From the human T2T-CHM13v2.0 reference genome, Homo sapiens, in assembly GCF_009914755.1 (NCBI RefSeq), contig NC_060947.1: a stretch of 64,000 nucleotides of DNA; one strand, given 5' to 3'. Position 1 is the stretch's first letter; every line of letters begins with the position of its first letter. The position numbers and the translations under genes were made by a program. The notes under the pieces are model-generated. The model was given only the letters and a program-made list of their open reading frames with translations. It did not search any database and was not told where the DNA came from. Of the stretch, positions 1 to 17,287 are shown in pieces.

Positions 1-870
1 TTGAAACCATAACGCGATATTACTATATACCTATCAGAACAGCTGAAATAAAAATATAGTGACAACATCAAATGCTAGTGAGGATGTGGAGAAAGTAGAT
101 TACTCGTATTGCTGGTAAAATGGTACAGCCACTCTGGAAAACAGTTTGGCAATTTCTTTTAAAACTAAACATGTGATTACCATATAACACAATTTCACTC
201 TTGGGCATTTATTTCAGAAAAATAAAACTTTTTTTTCATACTAATACCTGTGCACTACTGTTCATACAAGCTTTATTCATATAGCCAATAACTGAAAACA
301 TCCCAGAAGTCTTTCAATGGGTGAATGATTAAACAATCTATAGTGTATCCATACAACGTAACACTACTCAGCAATAAAATAGAACAAACTACTGATACAC
401 AAGACAGCTTGGATACATTCCTAGGGAATTATGCTGAGTGAAAAAAGCCAATCCCCAAAATTTAAATACTATATAATTCCATTATAACATTTTGAAATGA
501 CAAAATTATAGAAATGGAGAACAGATTAGTGGTTACCAGTGGTCAGGGACCAGGACAGGGATGAGGAGGGAGGGAGGTGGGCAACACAAGGGATTTTTAT
601 GATGATAGAACTGTTCTATTTCTCAACTTAAGTAGTGGATACATGAGCACATTATATAGAATTCAATACACCCACACCCACACCCACACACACACACAAA
701 TATAGGTAAAACTGGAAAATTCTTACCTAGATTGGTGGTGGATTGTATCAATGTCAATATCCTTTGTGACATTGTATGACAGGTTTGCAAGATGTTACCA
801 TTTGGAGAAACCAAGTTAAAGGGTACACTGGCTCTCTCTGTACTATTCTTACAACTGCATGTGAATCTAA
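1..870 (+). mobile_element. Old L1 (L1MC/L1MD-like) ORF2 end and 3' UTR, truncated by the window start
   Basis: L1M 3' motifs ggtacagccactctggaaaacagtttggca, gagaacagattagtggttaccag and the terminal actgcatgtgaatcta; internal (CA)n near 668-697. Confidence 0.8.
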
Positions 871-1289
871 ACTCACTGAGAACAAGCAGGAAGTAATATA
901 GGCATTCTTAATTCTCAAACAGGGACCTATATTTTCGTTGGTATATGTCCTTAGCATTTTTAAAAAGCCTCTCATGGTGCCACTTGTATTTTATCAGCAT
1001 CTCCTATATGAAATGAAATGTACATAAGGTTTTGAAGTATTAAAATTTCCAAATAATAATAGCAGAAAGAAAAATATCTTCAAATACCTTGTCAGTAGAA
1101 AGTAAAGAAGCTAAGGGTCTAAATCAACTGCCCATATTCTTTTGGAAAAAATATCAAACTTTCAATGTATAGATTAGGTAGCAATTTCAAGAGAATTTTT
1201 TTCTTTATATTTTACTTTTTTCCTAGGATAATTTTATTTAGTGATTGAAATTTAGAATAAAAAAGACAAAGAACAAAAGATAAAAGGAG

Positions 1290-1450
1290 GCAGTAGACTC
1301 AGGATCCTGGAGTCTAGTCTCAAATCTGCTACTATCTGTGAGTTTGGGCAGAACTACTCAACCTTTTTGTATCTCGACTTTCTGGTAAAAATAAAAGCAT
1401 TATACCAAACCCCAAGGTTCCTTCCAGTTTGAAAATAGTCTATGATCCTA
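1290..1450 (+). mobile_element. MIR/MIR3 SINE fragment
   Basis: Degenerate core (tctgctactatctgtgagtttgggcag) and MIR3-like tail aaggttccttccagt...tatgatcc. Confidence 0.5.
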
Positions 1451-2084
1451 TGAAATTTAGAATGTTGATGAAGGTATAGTTGATAATGTTTCATCCCATT
1501 CCTTCATTAGACCTAATTTAATGAAGTTCTCCATGGTAACTTCAATTGGCAATCCACGCATTCCCTTCAGCTGTGTAAATGATGCTCCTCATTCCAATAT
1601 GACTGTCCAGGCTTCACTACCAAGTCTCTAAGTGCTAATTAACTTTGAAACTGCTCTCCAATATGGGCTGCATTACAATTCAGAGTAAACTGCTTCTATC
1701 TCCCTCAGATTGTTCTCAATTTGTTTTCAGACACATGGAGTGTCATTTTACTGCTATTCTTAACTGTTTCCTTTGGAGTTCCTCTTTTTCAGTCATTCCA
1801 TTGAATGAAATAATTTTGAAGCAGAGAGAGATTGAAAAAAGTTTTAATCATATAGCAGCTTCAAGACTTCTTAGCTGCTAGTGCTTTGGGGGGGCTCTTG
1901 CCTCACATTCTTCTGTGGCTCAGGTATTATTGTTCTCAAGAGTTACCCTTGGTACAAATTCTCATACTACCTGATCCCCACCCTCTGCTCAAAACCATAA
2001 GTATCTTTACTGGATCACCAAATCAGAGCCTCTTTCCCAAGGAGCACATCTGGGTATTGACCATCACTATGAAATTATTCTGCT

Positions 2085-2540
2085 ATATTACTCAGGTTTT
2101 CTACATTACTGCTGCCTTACAAGGATCCTTCTTCCCCAATTCTCATTGGCTTACAACCACAATATTTATTTCTCTCTCACAGATCTACAGGTCAGATGTT
2201 GGTCAAATGGACTTGAGTGGGCTTGCCTGGCTTGGCTCCTGGCTACAATTGACAGCGTGTCCATTTTGCATGTCTCTTCATTCTGGAACCAGCAGCTGAT
2301 CAACAGTTAATATTCTTCTCATGAAAGAGTATAGATTTGCAAGAGTATTGGCAGAAACTTTCCATATTTCTTTGAGGTTTTTAACTCAAAACTGTCATAC
2401 TCTCAATTGTGTACACATTTCATTGGCCAAAGTAAATCATATAAACAATCCAAACATCAATTGGATTGGGGAAGTCTATTCTACACATGGAGAATCCATG
2501 GTAAAGGCAGAGAGGGAAAGAACAATTGTAAACAAATAAT
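2085..2540 (-). mobile_element. Old MaLR LTR (MLT1J/K/L-like)
   Basis: Motifs ggcttacaaccacaatatttatt and catttcattggccaaagtaaatcat, typical of reverse-oriented MLT1. Confidence 0.55.
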
Positions 2541-3106
2541 ATCATCTATTTCTGTTTACTACTATAAAGAGAAAAAAGTAAAGGCAACTAGAATTACCCC
2601 AGTCTAGATTGAAGGAGTTTTATGGTCTCAAGTTGCTTTTGGAGAGTGATAATCTGGATCTTGGAAACATGCTCTCAGTTTTAATGATCTCTTCATTCTT
2701 TCTTCCTGCCTAGACCTGGAGGGCTTCATCAAATGGCCTGTGCTGACATCCCACAGCTTCCAAGCTGTAAGGTGGGAAAGAGACTTGGAATTGGACATGC
2801 AGTAAGAATACTTAATGTTTGGGGTAGGGTATGGCGATCAAATAGTATGAAGGGATGAGTACCACAGAAAGTTTTCCTAGCCTTGATTTTCTCAAAGAAC
2901 TGGGTGGTATAACAAAACAAGGGTCACATGAATAAAGAAAATGTTACACTGTATCAAGGGTAACTCTCTCAAAATTGAGAACAGTGAGACCTGAGCCCCA
3001 GAGGAATGCTGGGCAAAGATCTTCCAAAAGAGCTAGCAGCTAAGCAAGAAGTCTTGAAGCTGCTATATGATTAATACCATCTCCAGTCTCTTCCTGCATT
3101 GATAGT

Positions 3107-3159
3107 CACACACACACTCTCTCTCTCCCTATGTCTCTGTCTCTTTCCTTCCTCTCTTC

Positions 3160-3196
<37 letters not shown>
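3107..3196. repeat. (CA)n/(CT)n microsatellite
   Basis: Directly visible polypyrimidine CT repeats. Confidence 0.95.
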
Positions 3197-3199
<3 letters not shown>

Positions 3200-3324
3200 A
3201 AGATGTAGTGACTTGCCCAAGGACAGAGAATGTTAGTGTTGGAAGTAATACAAATTTTGACTAAAGACTAACATTGATGTCCTACATCTGTTGTTGACTC
3301 CCACACTCACCAAGGTCAGAAAAG

Positions 3325-4210
3325 CCACTAAGGAGTATTTTGAAAACTCGAGAGGAACTTTTTTATTTTGACAATGATTTGGGGGTGGTACTGGCATTTG
3401 GTGGGTTGGGTTGACAGATATCCTACAACGAGCAAGACGCTGACATACAAAAAACGTTTGATATCCCCACATGAATTTCGAATGTCTTAATGCAGCCATG
3501 TAAATGAAAATCCCATTTATAGGTGTTTATAACTAGAATCTAACTCCATGTCACACAAAGTGTTCTCTGTAAGGTGTTAATTTGCACTGAATTTTTTAGA
3601 ACTGCAACCACTGTATAAATTAAAGGAAGATTGTATTTTGTTTCATTAGTTTTGCTCTAAACTTTACCAAGGGTTGTATACCATTCAGAAAAGTCATATC
3701 TCAAAGGCAATGCTACATGTGTATTTGGGTCAACAATACAACTCACCTGTATTAGTCTGCAGCTGTAGTTCTTGCGTCCACACTGATTAGAATAATAGGT
3801 GCAAGCAATGGACATTATGTCTTAAAGTACTGTCATGCCTGAACACATATTGAAACATATTATAAATTACATATTTGCATGTAATTTATTATATGTAATA
3901 AACACATACTGAAGCACATTACCTGTTGTAAAACACATATTATTAAAATATATTTTTTATAAATTACTGTCCTTTTATTTCTCTTTTATATTACAATTTG
4001 GATATTCTATTGCTTTTTAAAAACATCTATATAAGCTATATATGAATTTTATTTCAAGGTACTAAAATGGTACCAAAATTTTAAAAGGTAACAAATATTT
4101 TACAATAATTGTGTAAAATATTTTTGTAAAATAGTTTAAAAGCATCCAAATATTTACAAAAATAGTTGTTATAAAAACAATACTACTTTTGATAGGTTTG
4201 AAAACTCTCT
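3325..4210. mobile_element. Probable hAT-Charlie (MER20-like) DNA transposon relic
   Basis: MER20-like segment ttgacaatgatttgggggtggtactggcattt and TIR-like end aggtttgaaaactct; the interior is poorly resolved. Confidence 0.35.
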
Positions 4211-5248
4211 ATGCCATCCTGCTGTTTCTTTTCCAACTATTTTTCTAGCTAAAAATGACACATAGAAGTATCAACCCTTGATTGACAATTTATAATTGTG
4301 AATTAATGAAATCAAATTTAATGAAGTGTTATTGATAAATGTCTAGTTTACCCTCAATTCACTAATTCAAGGGTCAATAATTCTTCCCTTAAATATGTTT
4401 TTTACAAAATGCTTTTTGGCCTCTTTTCTTCATGCCTTCCCTTCTCTAAGCTACTATTATCATAGTCATATCTTAGCTCTAATCATTGCATGTTAAAAGA
4501 TCTTTCAGAAAAAACAAGAGCTAATCTGTATTTGGTCCAATAGAGAACACATTCTATGGCTTATTCAATTATGTAATAATAACAGTGCTTAGAGTCAGAC
4601 TTTCTGGGGTTTTATTGTTGTTGTTCCTTGTATTTATCTGCCATTGAATGCTTTTCTGACTTGATTTCCCTATTTTCAAACTGGTCTTATTTTTTCTTAC
4701 TGAATATTTATGCTTTGTAATCTTCTGAATTAAGATAATTCCATTGGAAAAAAGCATCCTTATTCTATCTGATTCACCCTATTTGAATTTCCCCCCAAAT
4801 TATCTTCCAGTACATCAGCCAAATTTATTAATATGCTATGTCAAATATTAAACACTGGGGGGAGGATAAAAATCAATAATCCCAATTTGTGCTTTCAAGG
4901 ATTTTCTTCTCCTGGTTGCAGAAATCCATACCCTAGAAATAAGGAGAAGATAATGATATCCGTACACATAGCATTATCGTTAAACGCCCATACACAAGCA
5001 CATCAGTTTCTCATACAGTTTTTCAGTTCTTAGTATTATGGTATAATTTATTTTCAGAAACTCAGTATAATCTTTAAGGAAAAAAAAATGAAAACTGTCT
5101 ATAGGTGTCCAAACTCAGCACTTTAAAATTAAACTACATGCCATGAAGATACTGTCAACTAGAATGAATTGAATTGCTTGCATGTCTAGTTCAAATTGCC
5201 ATTACTCATCGGCTTATTTGGTGTTCAACTATCATATATAAACCCAGG

Positions 5249-5607
5249 TATATTAGTCAGCTTTTGCGCTCTGATAAAGACATACCTGAGACTGGGCAAC
5301 TTACAAAAGAAAGAGGTTTAATGGACTCACAGTTCCACGTGACTGTGGAGGCCTCACAATCATGGCAGAAGGTGAAAAGCACATCTCACATTGTGGCAGA
5401 CAAGAGAAGAGAGCTTGTGCAGGGACACTCCCCTTTATAAAACCATTGGATTTCGTGAGACTTAATTCACTATCACGAGAGCAACATGGGAAAGCCCCAC
5501 CCCTATGATTTAATTACCTCCCACTGGGTCCCTCCCATGACATGTGAAAATTATGGGAGCTACAATTCAAGATGAGATTTGGGTGGGGACACAGCCAAAC
5601 CATGTCA
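5249..5607 (-). mobile_element. THE1 (THE1B/C-like) MaLR solo LTR
   Basis: Full LTR tatattagtc...gggtggggacacagccaaaccatgtca; 5 bp TSD ccagg (5244-5248) / ccaag (5608-5612). Confidence 0.92.
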
Positions 5608-5909
5608 CCAAGTCAAAGACATAAGGTTCAAATCATAATTATTGCCTTAGGGGAACTCATTTTTGTCACAAAATAAATAATGGGCTTATAAAAGTTACCC
5701 ATATATTTATATGTCTTTGTCTGGAATTTATGCTTTAGTCCAATTTATAAGCAAGAATTATGTCATCTTAGCAGATGGTCCTACATGCAAATAACCAAAA
5801 GAACAGGAAGAATTGGAAGTTTGTGTTTCAGTAGGGTTTCTACATAATGGAATATAATTCAGGATGAAAAAATAAGAGACAATTATGTAAAGCCAGGAAG
5901 AAAAGCATC

Positions 5910-6060
5910 ATCACTCTAGCTGTACATTAGTATCACCTGGAGGGATTTAAAAATATATACCACTGATTCAGACATAGCTAATCTGAGGAGTGGCCTGGAT
6001 GTTGGGATTTTTAAAAGCTCCCCATGTGATTCCAAGACAAAGCCTAGGTTGAGACCTATA
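5910..6060. mobile_element. MER5-like hAT MITE
   Basis: acattagtatcacctggaggg...tttttaaaagctccccatgtgattc...ggttgagacc. Confidence 0.7.
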
Positions 6061-6744
6061 GCACCAAACAAAACCTGGAATTCAATGTGTTACCAAACAT
6101 ATTTAATGGATATTTAAAGTAAATATTTGAAAGAGACTTTTCTCCAAGCAAAAAGTGGTTCTGTCGGTATAATAAAATATTTTCCACAGCTGTAAGTGAT
6201 AATATGTATTTTCTTCCTAATATGAATAATTACTTATTTTATCAAAATAATTTAGGTCAAAGAATTATAATATATATAATATTTCTGACTAACATAGTTT
6301 TAAAAAATATGACATGCGTATATATAATTAAATGCAATAAAAACGGGTACTTCAAATTGTGAGTGAATTGCTAAAGTTCCATCATTATACAACAACTCTA
6401 AGTATGCATGTTTCTAACTGCCAAAAATTATGGACATATTTTATGCTGAGAGCTCAGGCAGAGTTAGACACAGCAGATGGTATCATGGCTTTGCTCAAAC
6501 TGTTTAGATTACAGACACAATAATATAGCATTTTTTTTGCATTTGTGTCATTACCTACATCTGTATCAGTTTAAAGATTTACTTATATTAACAGCCAAGC
6601 AAAATCCCCTTTATACAGGATGTCTGAAACAAAAGTCAATGCGGTTAAGGAAGTGAAATATGTGTAATGTATGCAATTTTAGCTCAGTTAACCCCATATC
6701 AACTCACTGAAAGCTAACTCTGTGTAAATCCATTCTATTCATAA

Positions 6745-6926
6745 TTTGATCCAAAACAAGCAGCATCAACATCACTTGGGAGTTTGTTAGAAATACAGAA
6801 TCTGAGGTTCCACCTTGACCTACAGACTCAGAATCTGCATTTTAACAAAATCCCCAAATGGTGCACATTAAGACTTATGTGATTACTCTGGGCAATTTGT
6901 ATTCACATTAAAGTTTGCATGACCAC
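6745..6926. mobile_element. MER5A-like hAT MITE
   Basis: gcagcatcaacatcacttgggagtttgttagaaatacagaatct...gaatctgcattttaacaaaatcccc...cacattaaagtttg. Confidence 0.75.
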
Positions 6927-7230
6927 CTCGCCAAATTTTCTAATTTTCTCAAATTACCAAAAGCATGTCTTAAGGAACAGTCTTGAATGTGTGCAATTAA
7001 TATATTCAATAACTATATTCTCCTTAGCAGCATTTTAAAGAATATTCAGTCCAAAGCTAAGGGTCATAGCACAGAATAGTCTTTTTACAAAGCTATTCTT
7101 TTTATCAACATATTTGTAATGAAGGTAATCATGAATAATATGGGGTGGTTTTAAATATATTCTCAAGTGAAAATATATTAATGAAGGATATATTCATAAG
7201 TACACACACTCAAAATATATTTTTATTCTT

Positions 7231-7372
7231 TTTATTATTATTATTATTATTTTGTAGCGATGGGGTCTCACTCTGCCACCCAGGCTGGTCTTGAACTCCT
7301 GGCCTGAAGTGATCCTCCTGCTTTGTCTTCCCAAAGGGGTGGGATTATAGGCATGAGCCACTGCATTGGGCC
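7231..7372 (-). mobile_element. Free left Alu monomer (FLAM-like)
   Basis: Single Alu arm with a (TTA)n tail; TSD ttattctt at 7223-7230 and 7373-7380. Confidence 0.85.
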
Positions 7373-8549
7373 TTATTCTTAGTTTTGGAATACAAACCAT
7401 ATTTTTTAGTAAATTGCTAGAAATTAGGAAAAATTGACAAATGGTCCATTTGATAAAATAGTAATTTGACCAGTTAGCCTTAGGCAAAATGGCATTTGGT
7501 AAATTGATTTTTACTGGTCAGCTTGTTCCATTGAGCATGGTAACTCTATCCATATTTTTATTATACTTTTATTTCCACTGCAGTTTTAAAACCGCTTGAG
7601 TAGGCTGGTAAATATTCAGGCAATGTTAAATAGGGGTTAAGAGCAGACTTGGATTTGAATATTAGATCTACTCCTAGTATGGTTTTGATGAACTTATTTA
7701 ACCCTCTAAGACTGTGTTTCCCTAGACCACATGGCTGTTGTGATAATAATACACAAGTCCCTAGTACATATTAATCACTCACTAATTTTTATTATAATTC
7801 TTGTCATTCTGTCATCACGATTTTTAAAATTTGTTTTCATTCAGATGAAGAAAGTAAAATAAGCAAGAGTCATGCTGCTATTCTTCATTTTATTTCCCAA
7901 CATGGAGAAATGTTTTAATCCACTTCTCCAGAAAAAAGTACTGGTAAACGTGATTGATTAACTGAATCTTTTATCTTGTTTTTAATTTTCTTGATTCGTA
8001 TCTATGAATACCTGCTCCAGATACAATATCTCCTTTTCTAGGAGACTGATAGTCATGCTAGAATGCAGACTGAAGACAGTACTGTTTGACTCTTAGTATC
8101 CAATGACAGAATCTCCTACAGAATATTAGCAAACAGGTGAATGGGGCAAAATGGATACATTGTTTAAAGCTAATGATATGACAGGTATAATTAGAGTACA
8201 AAAAAACTTCTTGGAAAAATTTAAAGTGTTTAACTCTAGCAAGAGATTATTTTTCCAGCTTCCATGTGTTTTTAACAGGGAAGACCAGTTAAGACAATTC
8301 ACATTATATTTAATAATTTATAATGTAACCAATTTATTATCAGTGTTATCTTAGATGGAAAAACAGTAAAATGAGATTTTCTATATTGGGTAAAGAAAAT
8401 TCTCACCCACCTTCAGATAGCTAGTGATATGGTAAGATCAGCTCTGGTGTTGGTTTTGAATTCAAAGGCCCAGTAAACTGATACCCCCATTCACACAATT
8501 CTTTTATAGTGTGCTACATCTAGAGCAGGAGAAGGAATTACCAATTCAT

Positions 8550-8760
8550 GTTTAATCTTTGCTGGATACTTTACATAAGTTATATCACTTAATCTTTACA
8601 ATGGCCCTGCAAGGTAGTTGTTATATCATTAATAAAAAATTAAGATTCGGGAAGGTTAAAAGAATTGCCCAGGAACACACAGCTGGAAAATGCAAAGCTG
8701 AGCTCCAAACCCAAGTTTCTCTGCCTCTCAAGTCCATGTTCTTTGTAACAATCTACACAG
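8550..8760 (-). mobile_element. MIR SINE
   Basis: cacttaatctttacaatggccctgcaaggtag...aaggttaaaagaattgcccagg...acacagct...ctccaaacccaag. Confidence 0.7.
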
Positions 8761-11254
8761 CTCCCAGGGTCTATGGTGTATTGGAAAACAGCTATCTGCT
8801 TTGTCATGGAAGGTGGGGAAATCATTAAGAGTTTGGGGCCATCACCAACTACCAACTAACTGTGAATTCAAGCCAGCTATTTTACTTTTGTTTCTTCACT
8901 ACAAACATTAGGAGTTAGACTACAAGATCTGTAAGCACTTCTGCCACGTCTAAAAGAAATGTGTTATGTGGCCTGTTACACAAAACACAATTATATATAT
9001 ATATATATGTTTTGCTCATTCATTGCTCAATCATTAACTGATTGACTCATTCATTTATTCATTCATTCATTTAACAATCCATCACTTATTTATTTAAAAA
9101 TGCACTTAATTGTGTTTATTAAATACTCAGGATGTTTTCCTACATATGTTTCCATACAGACCATTTGTGCTCAAGTAAGTTTTTTAAACATTTAGAAAAA
9201 TGTCAACATAGATGGAGCCTGCCTTGACTTAGTTTCTAGCTACCAAGTACACAAAAGGCTAGGTTTGGAAAGTCGGGTTGCTTATTAATCCTATAGTGCT
9301 AATGGGACTGAAATTTCATCTAAGAATGAATGATAACAGTAATAATAATAATGACATAAACAATTACCAATTATTTAAGGCCTCTTGGGGGAAAATGCTC
9401 ATCAGCCCATTTTAATGGCTTACACATCAAATGCTTTTTGTAATATTTTATAGATACTGATTCAGCAAAGGAATTTGAGAAAGGTCATAAGACACAGAAG
9501 GTAGAAAACAGTACAGTCTCAAAATGTGCTACAGATTCTGTCCTGTTCAGTGCCAAGTCAAGGAAGAAGTATTAGCTGTATTATGATGACAAATTATACA
9601 TCTATTTGGCAATGCTTTGCCCCCATTGGCAATTCTCTTCTGATTCAACTGTAAAAATGTTCACACATTTAATAGATACATTTTGCCAGCAATATATAAA
9701 AATATTAATAATTTACTTAATGTCCATTCTGCTGAACCCCCAAAACTATAGACTTGAGTAAATTTATTTCTAAGGAACAGACAACCTTGGAGTCAAGTGA
9801 AGAGAATCGCTCTTGTATCATTTCAAAATATTTTAAACTTGAAGCTGCCACTACATTCCCTTGATTAAATAGCAGTCAGCCAGTTTCTGCCAAAAAGAAA
9901 AAAAATTAGTTGCATGCAGCAACCAACATAGCATTGAACATTGCACATGGCAGAATTGATAAATGTGCTACTCATAGAGTCAGCAGGATGAGCAATGTAC
10001 CTGGGTTAACACATTTCAGATTTTCAAATTAATGATTAGAGCTGATTGAGCGTAACAAAAATGGACACTCTGATTGTGAAACTGAAGGAAGATGGAAGAG
10101 ATGTTTCATTCTCTTTGTAAAAAATAATTCACGAAAAGGAGAACATAATGTAGAAAAGTTATTCTCAGCAAAAGCATATGTTTTCTTCCAACAGAAAATG
10201 TCCTATAGAATGCACTTGCTTGCATACCTTGAAGATATTTGTATTGTGTTATTTACCAAAATAATGGCCACATTACAGGGCCAGCTAATACATAAACAAA
10301 GAGGGCAACTTCTCTGTTACAGACTTAAACCTCCCTCTCCAAAATATTGACTCCACTAACCTAGCGATGGCTTGAAATTACAGTTCTCCCTTTGAGTTAA
10401 AAATTATCTTCCCTGGAGTGCCTGTGAACATACTAATAATTCCAAGAGGTCAAAATAGTAAACCAGCAATAATTTTCCGTCCATAAATTCAAGTAAATGA
10501 ATGTGTCACTTCATTACAGTAAGACATACGACACAAAACAAGTACATTTTGATAGAAGAAGAGCAGACAAGGGATGAGGCCTGGTCCAGTGGTTGCAAGT
10601 CCAGATGGTGTTACATAACGGAGAGAGTCCAGGCGGACATGGTAAAGTGTAAGGACCCATTTTCTCAATGGCAAGGGAGAGATTTGAAAAGGATGATAGA
10701 GGAAAGATGGAGACAAATTGTCCCTATATTTCAATTTTGCCTCAGGGAAGCACTGGTGATTCTATTTGGATGCCTTCATATCACTATACTCTGCTTTTCA
10801 TATTTTTCAAAATTTAAACTTCTTCATTTAAACACTCTGCCCTTTCAAATTTTTCAGAATGATATAGCCCATCCAGAACAAATAGCCCATCCTTGTTACA
10901 ACAATATTGTTATGAAATTAATTAGAGAAGCTGCTGCTCCAGAAGAAAGATGGCATGTGAAATGGCATAGCTGTTGTTTGGAAAGAAGAGCTGAGAATTC
11001 ACATTGGTAACAGTTTGTTTTCTCATGCCATTTAAGGGCACAAATGTGAATGTCTCTTGCTCTTGAGTAATCCTTGTGGCTCTTTGTAAGTAGTTTTCAG
11101 TGGTGCACCAATGAGAACCCTGAAAAGGAACATCAGACTTGGTCAGTGCCCTTGAAAAGTTCTTCCCACAAAGGACTTTGTTATTAAAGATATTCACAGA
11201 ACATTTGTCAGTTAATAAGGATAATTTTAAACTCACTTAAAAGATCTTGTCTGA

Positions 11255-11532
<278 letters not shown>

Positions 11533-12325
11533 TTTCTTGTTTAATTCTTTATTTTGCGTGCTTGTGTTTTTGAGTGGCTTTCTCCTATAAATGAAACATA
11601 AAGTGACCTGTTTTAGCCATCATTGCTGCTACTAAAGCATGCTGACAAAATAGTACAGGAAGTTGTGCTGGGGAAAAAGTATGTATGAAAGGAAACGTAT
11701 GAAGGGTGGCAAGCAAAGGACAATCAGAAATGTACCAAGAGTAGAAATGACTATCTTTTCTTTAAAAAAAATCCACAGATCATGAAGATATGAGCTTTGC
11801 AGAATATCTCCTCAATTTGGAAGCAAGTCAAAATTGTCAAAGTATTAATTTAAAAGGCTCCTACTAAAAATGAGGGCCCACAGGCTCAGCAGTCAGTGGC
11901 ACACAACCTCTGGCCTCTAGAAGAGCAGGTACTCCACAATGACTACCTCCTCTTTCCCTTTTTTTTCCAAAAATGTGGAGTTTATTTAGTGTACATGAAC
12001 TAAGGGTAGGGTATTTGTGAAACACATGAAATTGATAACTGTCTATTTTTTTCTGTTAATTGCTTTTCAATAATCTTGAACTAAGAATGTCTTGAACTAG
12101 GAATTTAGCCACTTCTTTTCTGTTCTGTAGATGGATTGAGAATGCAATATTTGCCAGTATGAAGGATATTGGCCCAGAGAACTTTGTGAGAAGGGCATTC
12201 CATGAGCACTTGTTACCATATGCCATTTTATTCGTGTTTTAATTTAGGAGAAAAGTGAGTTCTTACTTTCCAACATTGATATTGAAAAACATTGCCCAGT
12301 CTCCCACTTGAATTCCAGTTGACCA

Positions 12326-12760
12326 AGGTCTTAGATCAGGTTCTCTAGAAGCAGAGCCTGAGATATAAACTCCCGTGTAAGTGACTTACTGTAGGTGTGT
12401 TCTCAAAAAGATCCTATAAAGGAGTGAAGAAATCAAAATAGGTCAGGGAAAGAGCTAAGTGAAGCTGTGGTGTCAGCTGTAGAGTGGCTTCACCTTGATC
12501 CCATAGGGAGCTGAAAGGTTGGATTGTACCTTGAGATAAGATAGGCAGGCTTTGGTATACCACAGTTTCAGTCATTGCCTGCAGGCTGCCCCCACCCCAT
12601 AGGGTGGGGTGCTGCTCCCCTAGGCAAGGCAGTTCCCCTCTACAAAGATCAATTCCTTCCATAGAATTGTGCATCTGTGAGCCTTTAGCAACTGACATTC
12701 ACAAAAGTTGGGGAATGGGTGCATCGGTTCAGTAAAGAATATTTAGGTAAGCCCATATCC
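12326..12760 (-). mobile_element. ERVL-class LTR (LTR16-like)
   Basis: Terminus gtcttagatcaggttctctagaagcagagcctgaga resembles reverse-oriented LTR16. Confidence 0.5.
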
Positions 12761-13124
12761 CTTTAACTCTGAAGCCAGACAGCTAGATTGGGGTAAGGGT
12801 TTAGAGCAGTAAGGACAGCCACATTACAGGAATCCTTGTGGACTAGTACTGTTTCCTCATTTCCAGGACTCTGATTTGAGTTCTTATTTGGAAAAATTTC
12901 TGACCTAATTACAATATGGCATTTTCCTATAGAAGGGATTCCCAATTGCAATCCCTCAGGTATAATCTTAAAATTACGATATAACCATGAACTACTCTCC
13001 ATATGCCCTACCAGATAAAAGCTAAATACGGATATGAGATTGTGTTTTGAGATCTCTTTTACACCAAGTTGTAAGATCGAAAGTTTAATTGAAAGTGATT
13101 GATTTTCTTTCCATTAAAGCAAAC

Positions 13125-13701
13125 TGTGGTAGGCAACTTCTAAGATGATCCCCAATCATTCTTGCCTCTTCATATCTATACCCTCCCCCTTGAGAGTGGA
13201 ATAGATCTAATGACTCACTTCTAACGAATAGAATACAGCAAAAGTGATGGGTTGTCACTTCTGAAGTCAGATTTTATAAATATTTCTTCTTCCATCTTGC
13301 TCTACCTTTCTCATTCTCTTGCTTTCTCGCTTTGAGGGAAGACTGCTAGCATGTTGTAAATTACTCTATTGAGAGGTTCACATGGCAAGGAAATGAGGGA
13401 AACCTATGGCCAACAGTCAGTAAAGAACTGAGGCCTTCAGTCCAATGGACTGTGAGGAACTAAGTCCTTCCAACAACCACTTGAGTGAGCTTGGAAGCAG
13501 ATACTTTCCCAATTGAGCCTCCAGATGACTGCAGCCCCCACCAACATCTTGACTGCAGCCTTGTGAGAGCCTCTGAGCCAGAGGTCACCCAGCTAAGCTA
13601 TGCCCAGATTCCTGATTCACAGAAACTGTGAGATAACAAATGTTGTTTTAAGACACTAATTTTTTGAGTAATTTGCTATGCAGTGATTGATAACTAACAT
13701 A
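13125..13701 (+). mobile_element. MLT1E/F-like MaLR solo LTR
   Basis: Begins tgtggtaggc...taagatgatccccaat, contains cagaaactgtgagataacaaatg, and ends gataactaacata. Confidence 0.85.
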
Positions 13702-13760
13702 TAAGGCTTTGATAATTCTCTTCTGTTGTAAATTTGTCTAAAATCCCTTCTTCTATTCTT

Positions 13761-17287
<3,527 letters not shown>

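Noticed and set aside
1886-2299. 137 aa ORF
   Set aside because: It has a non-ATG start and runs into an old MLT1 LTR; there is no coding signature.
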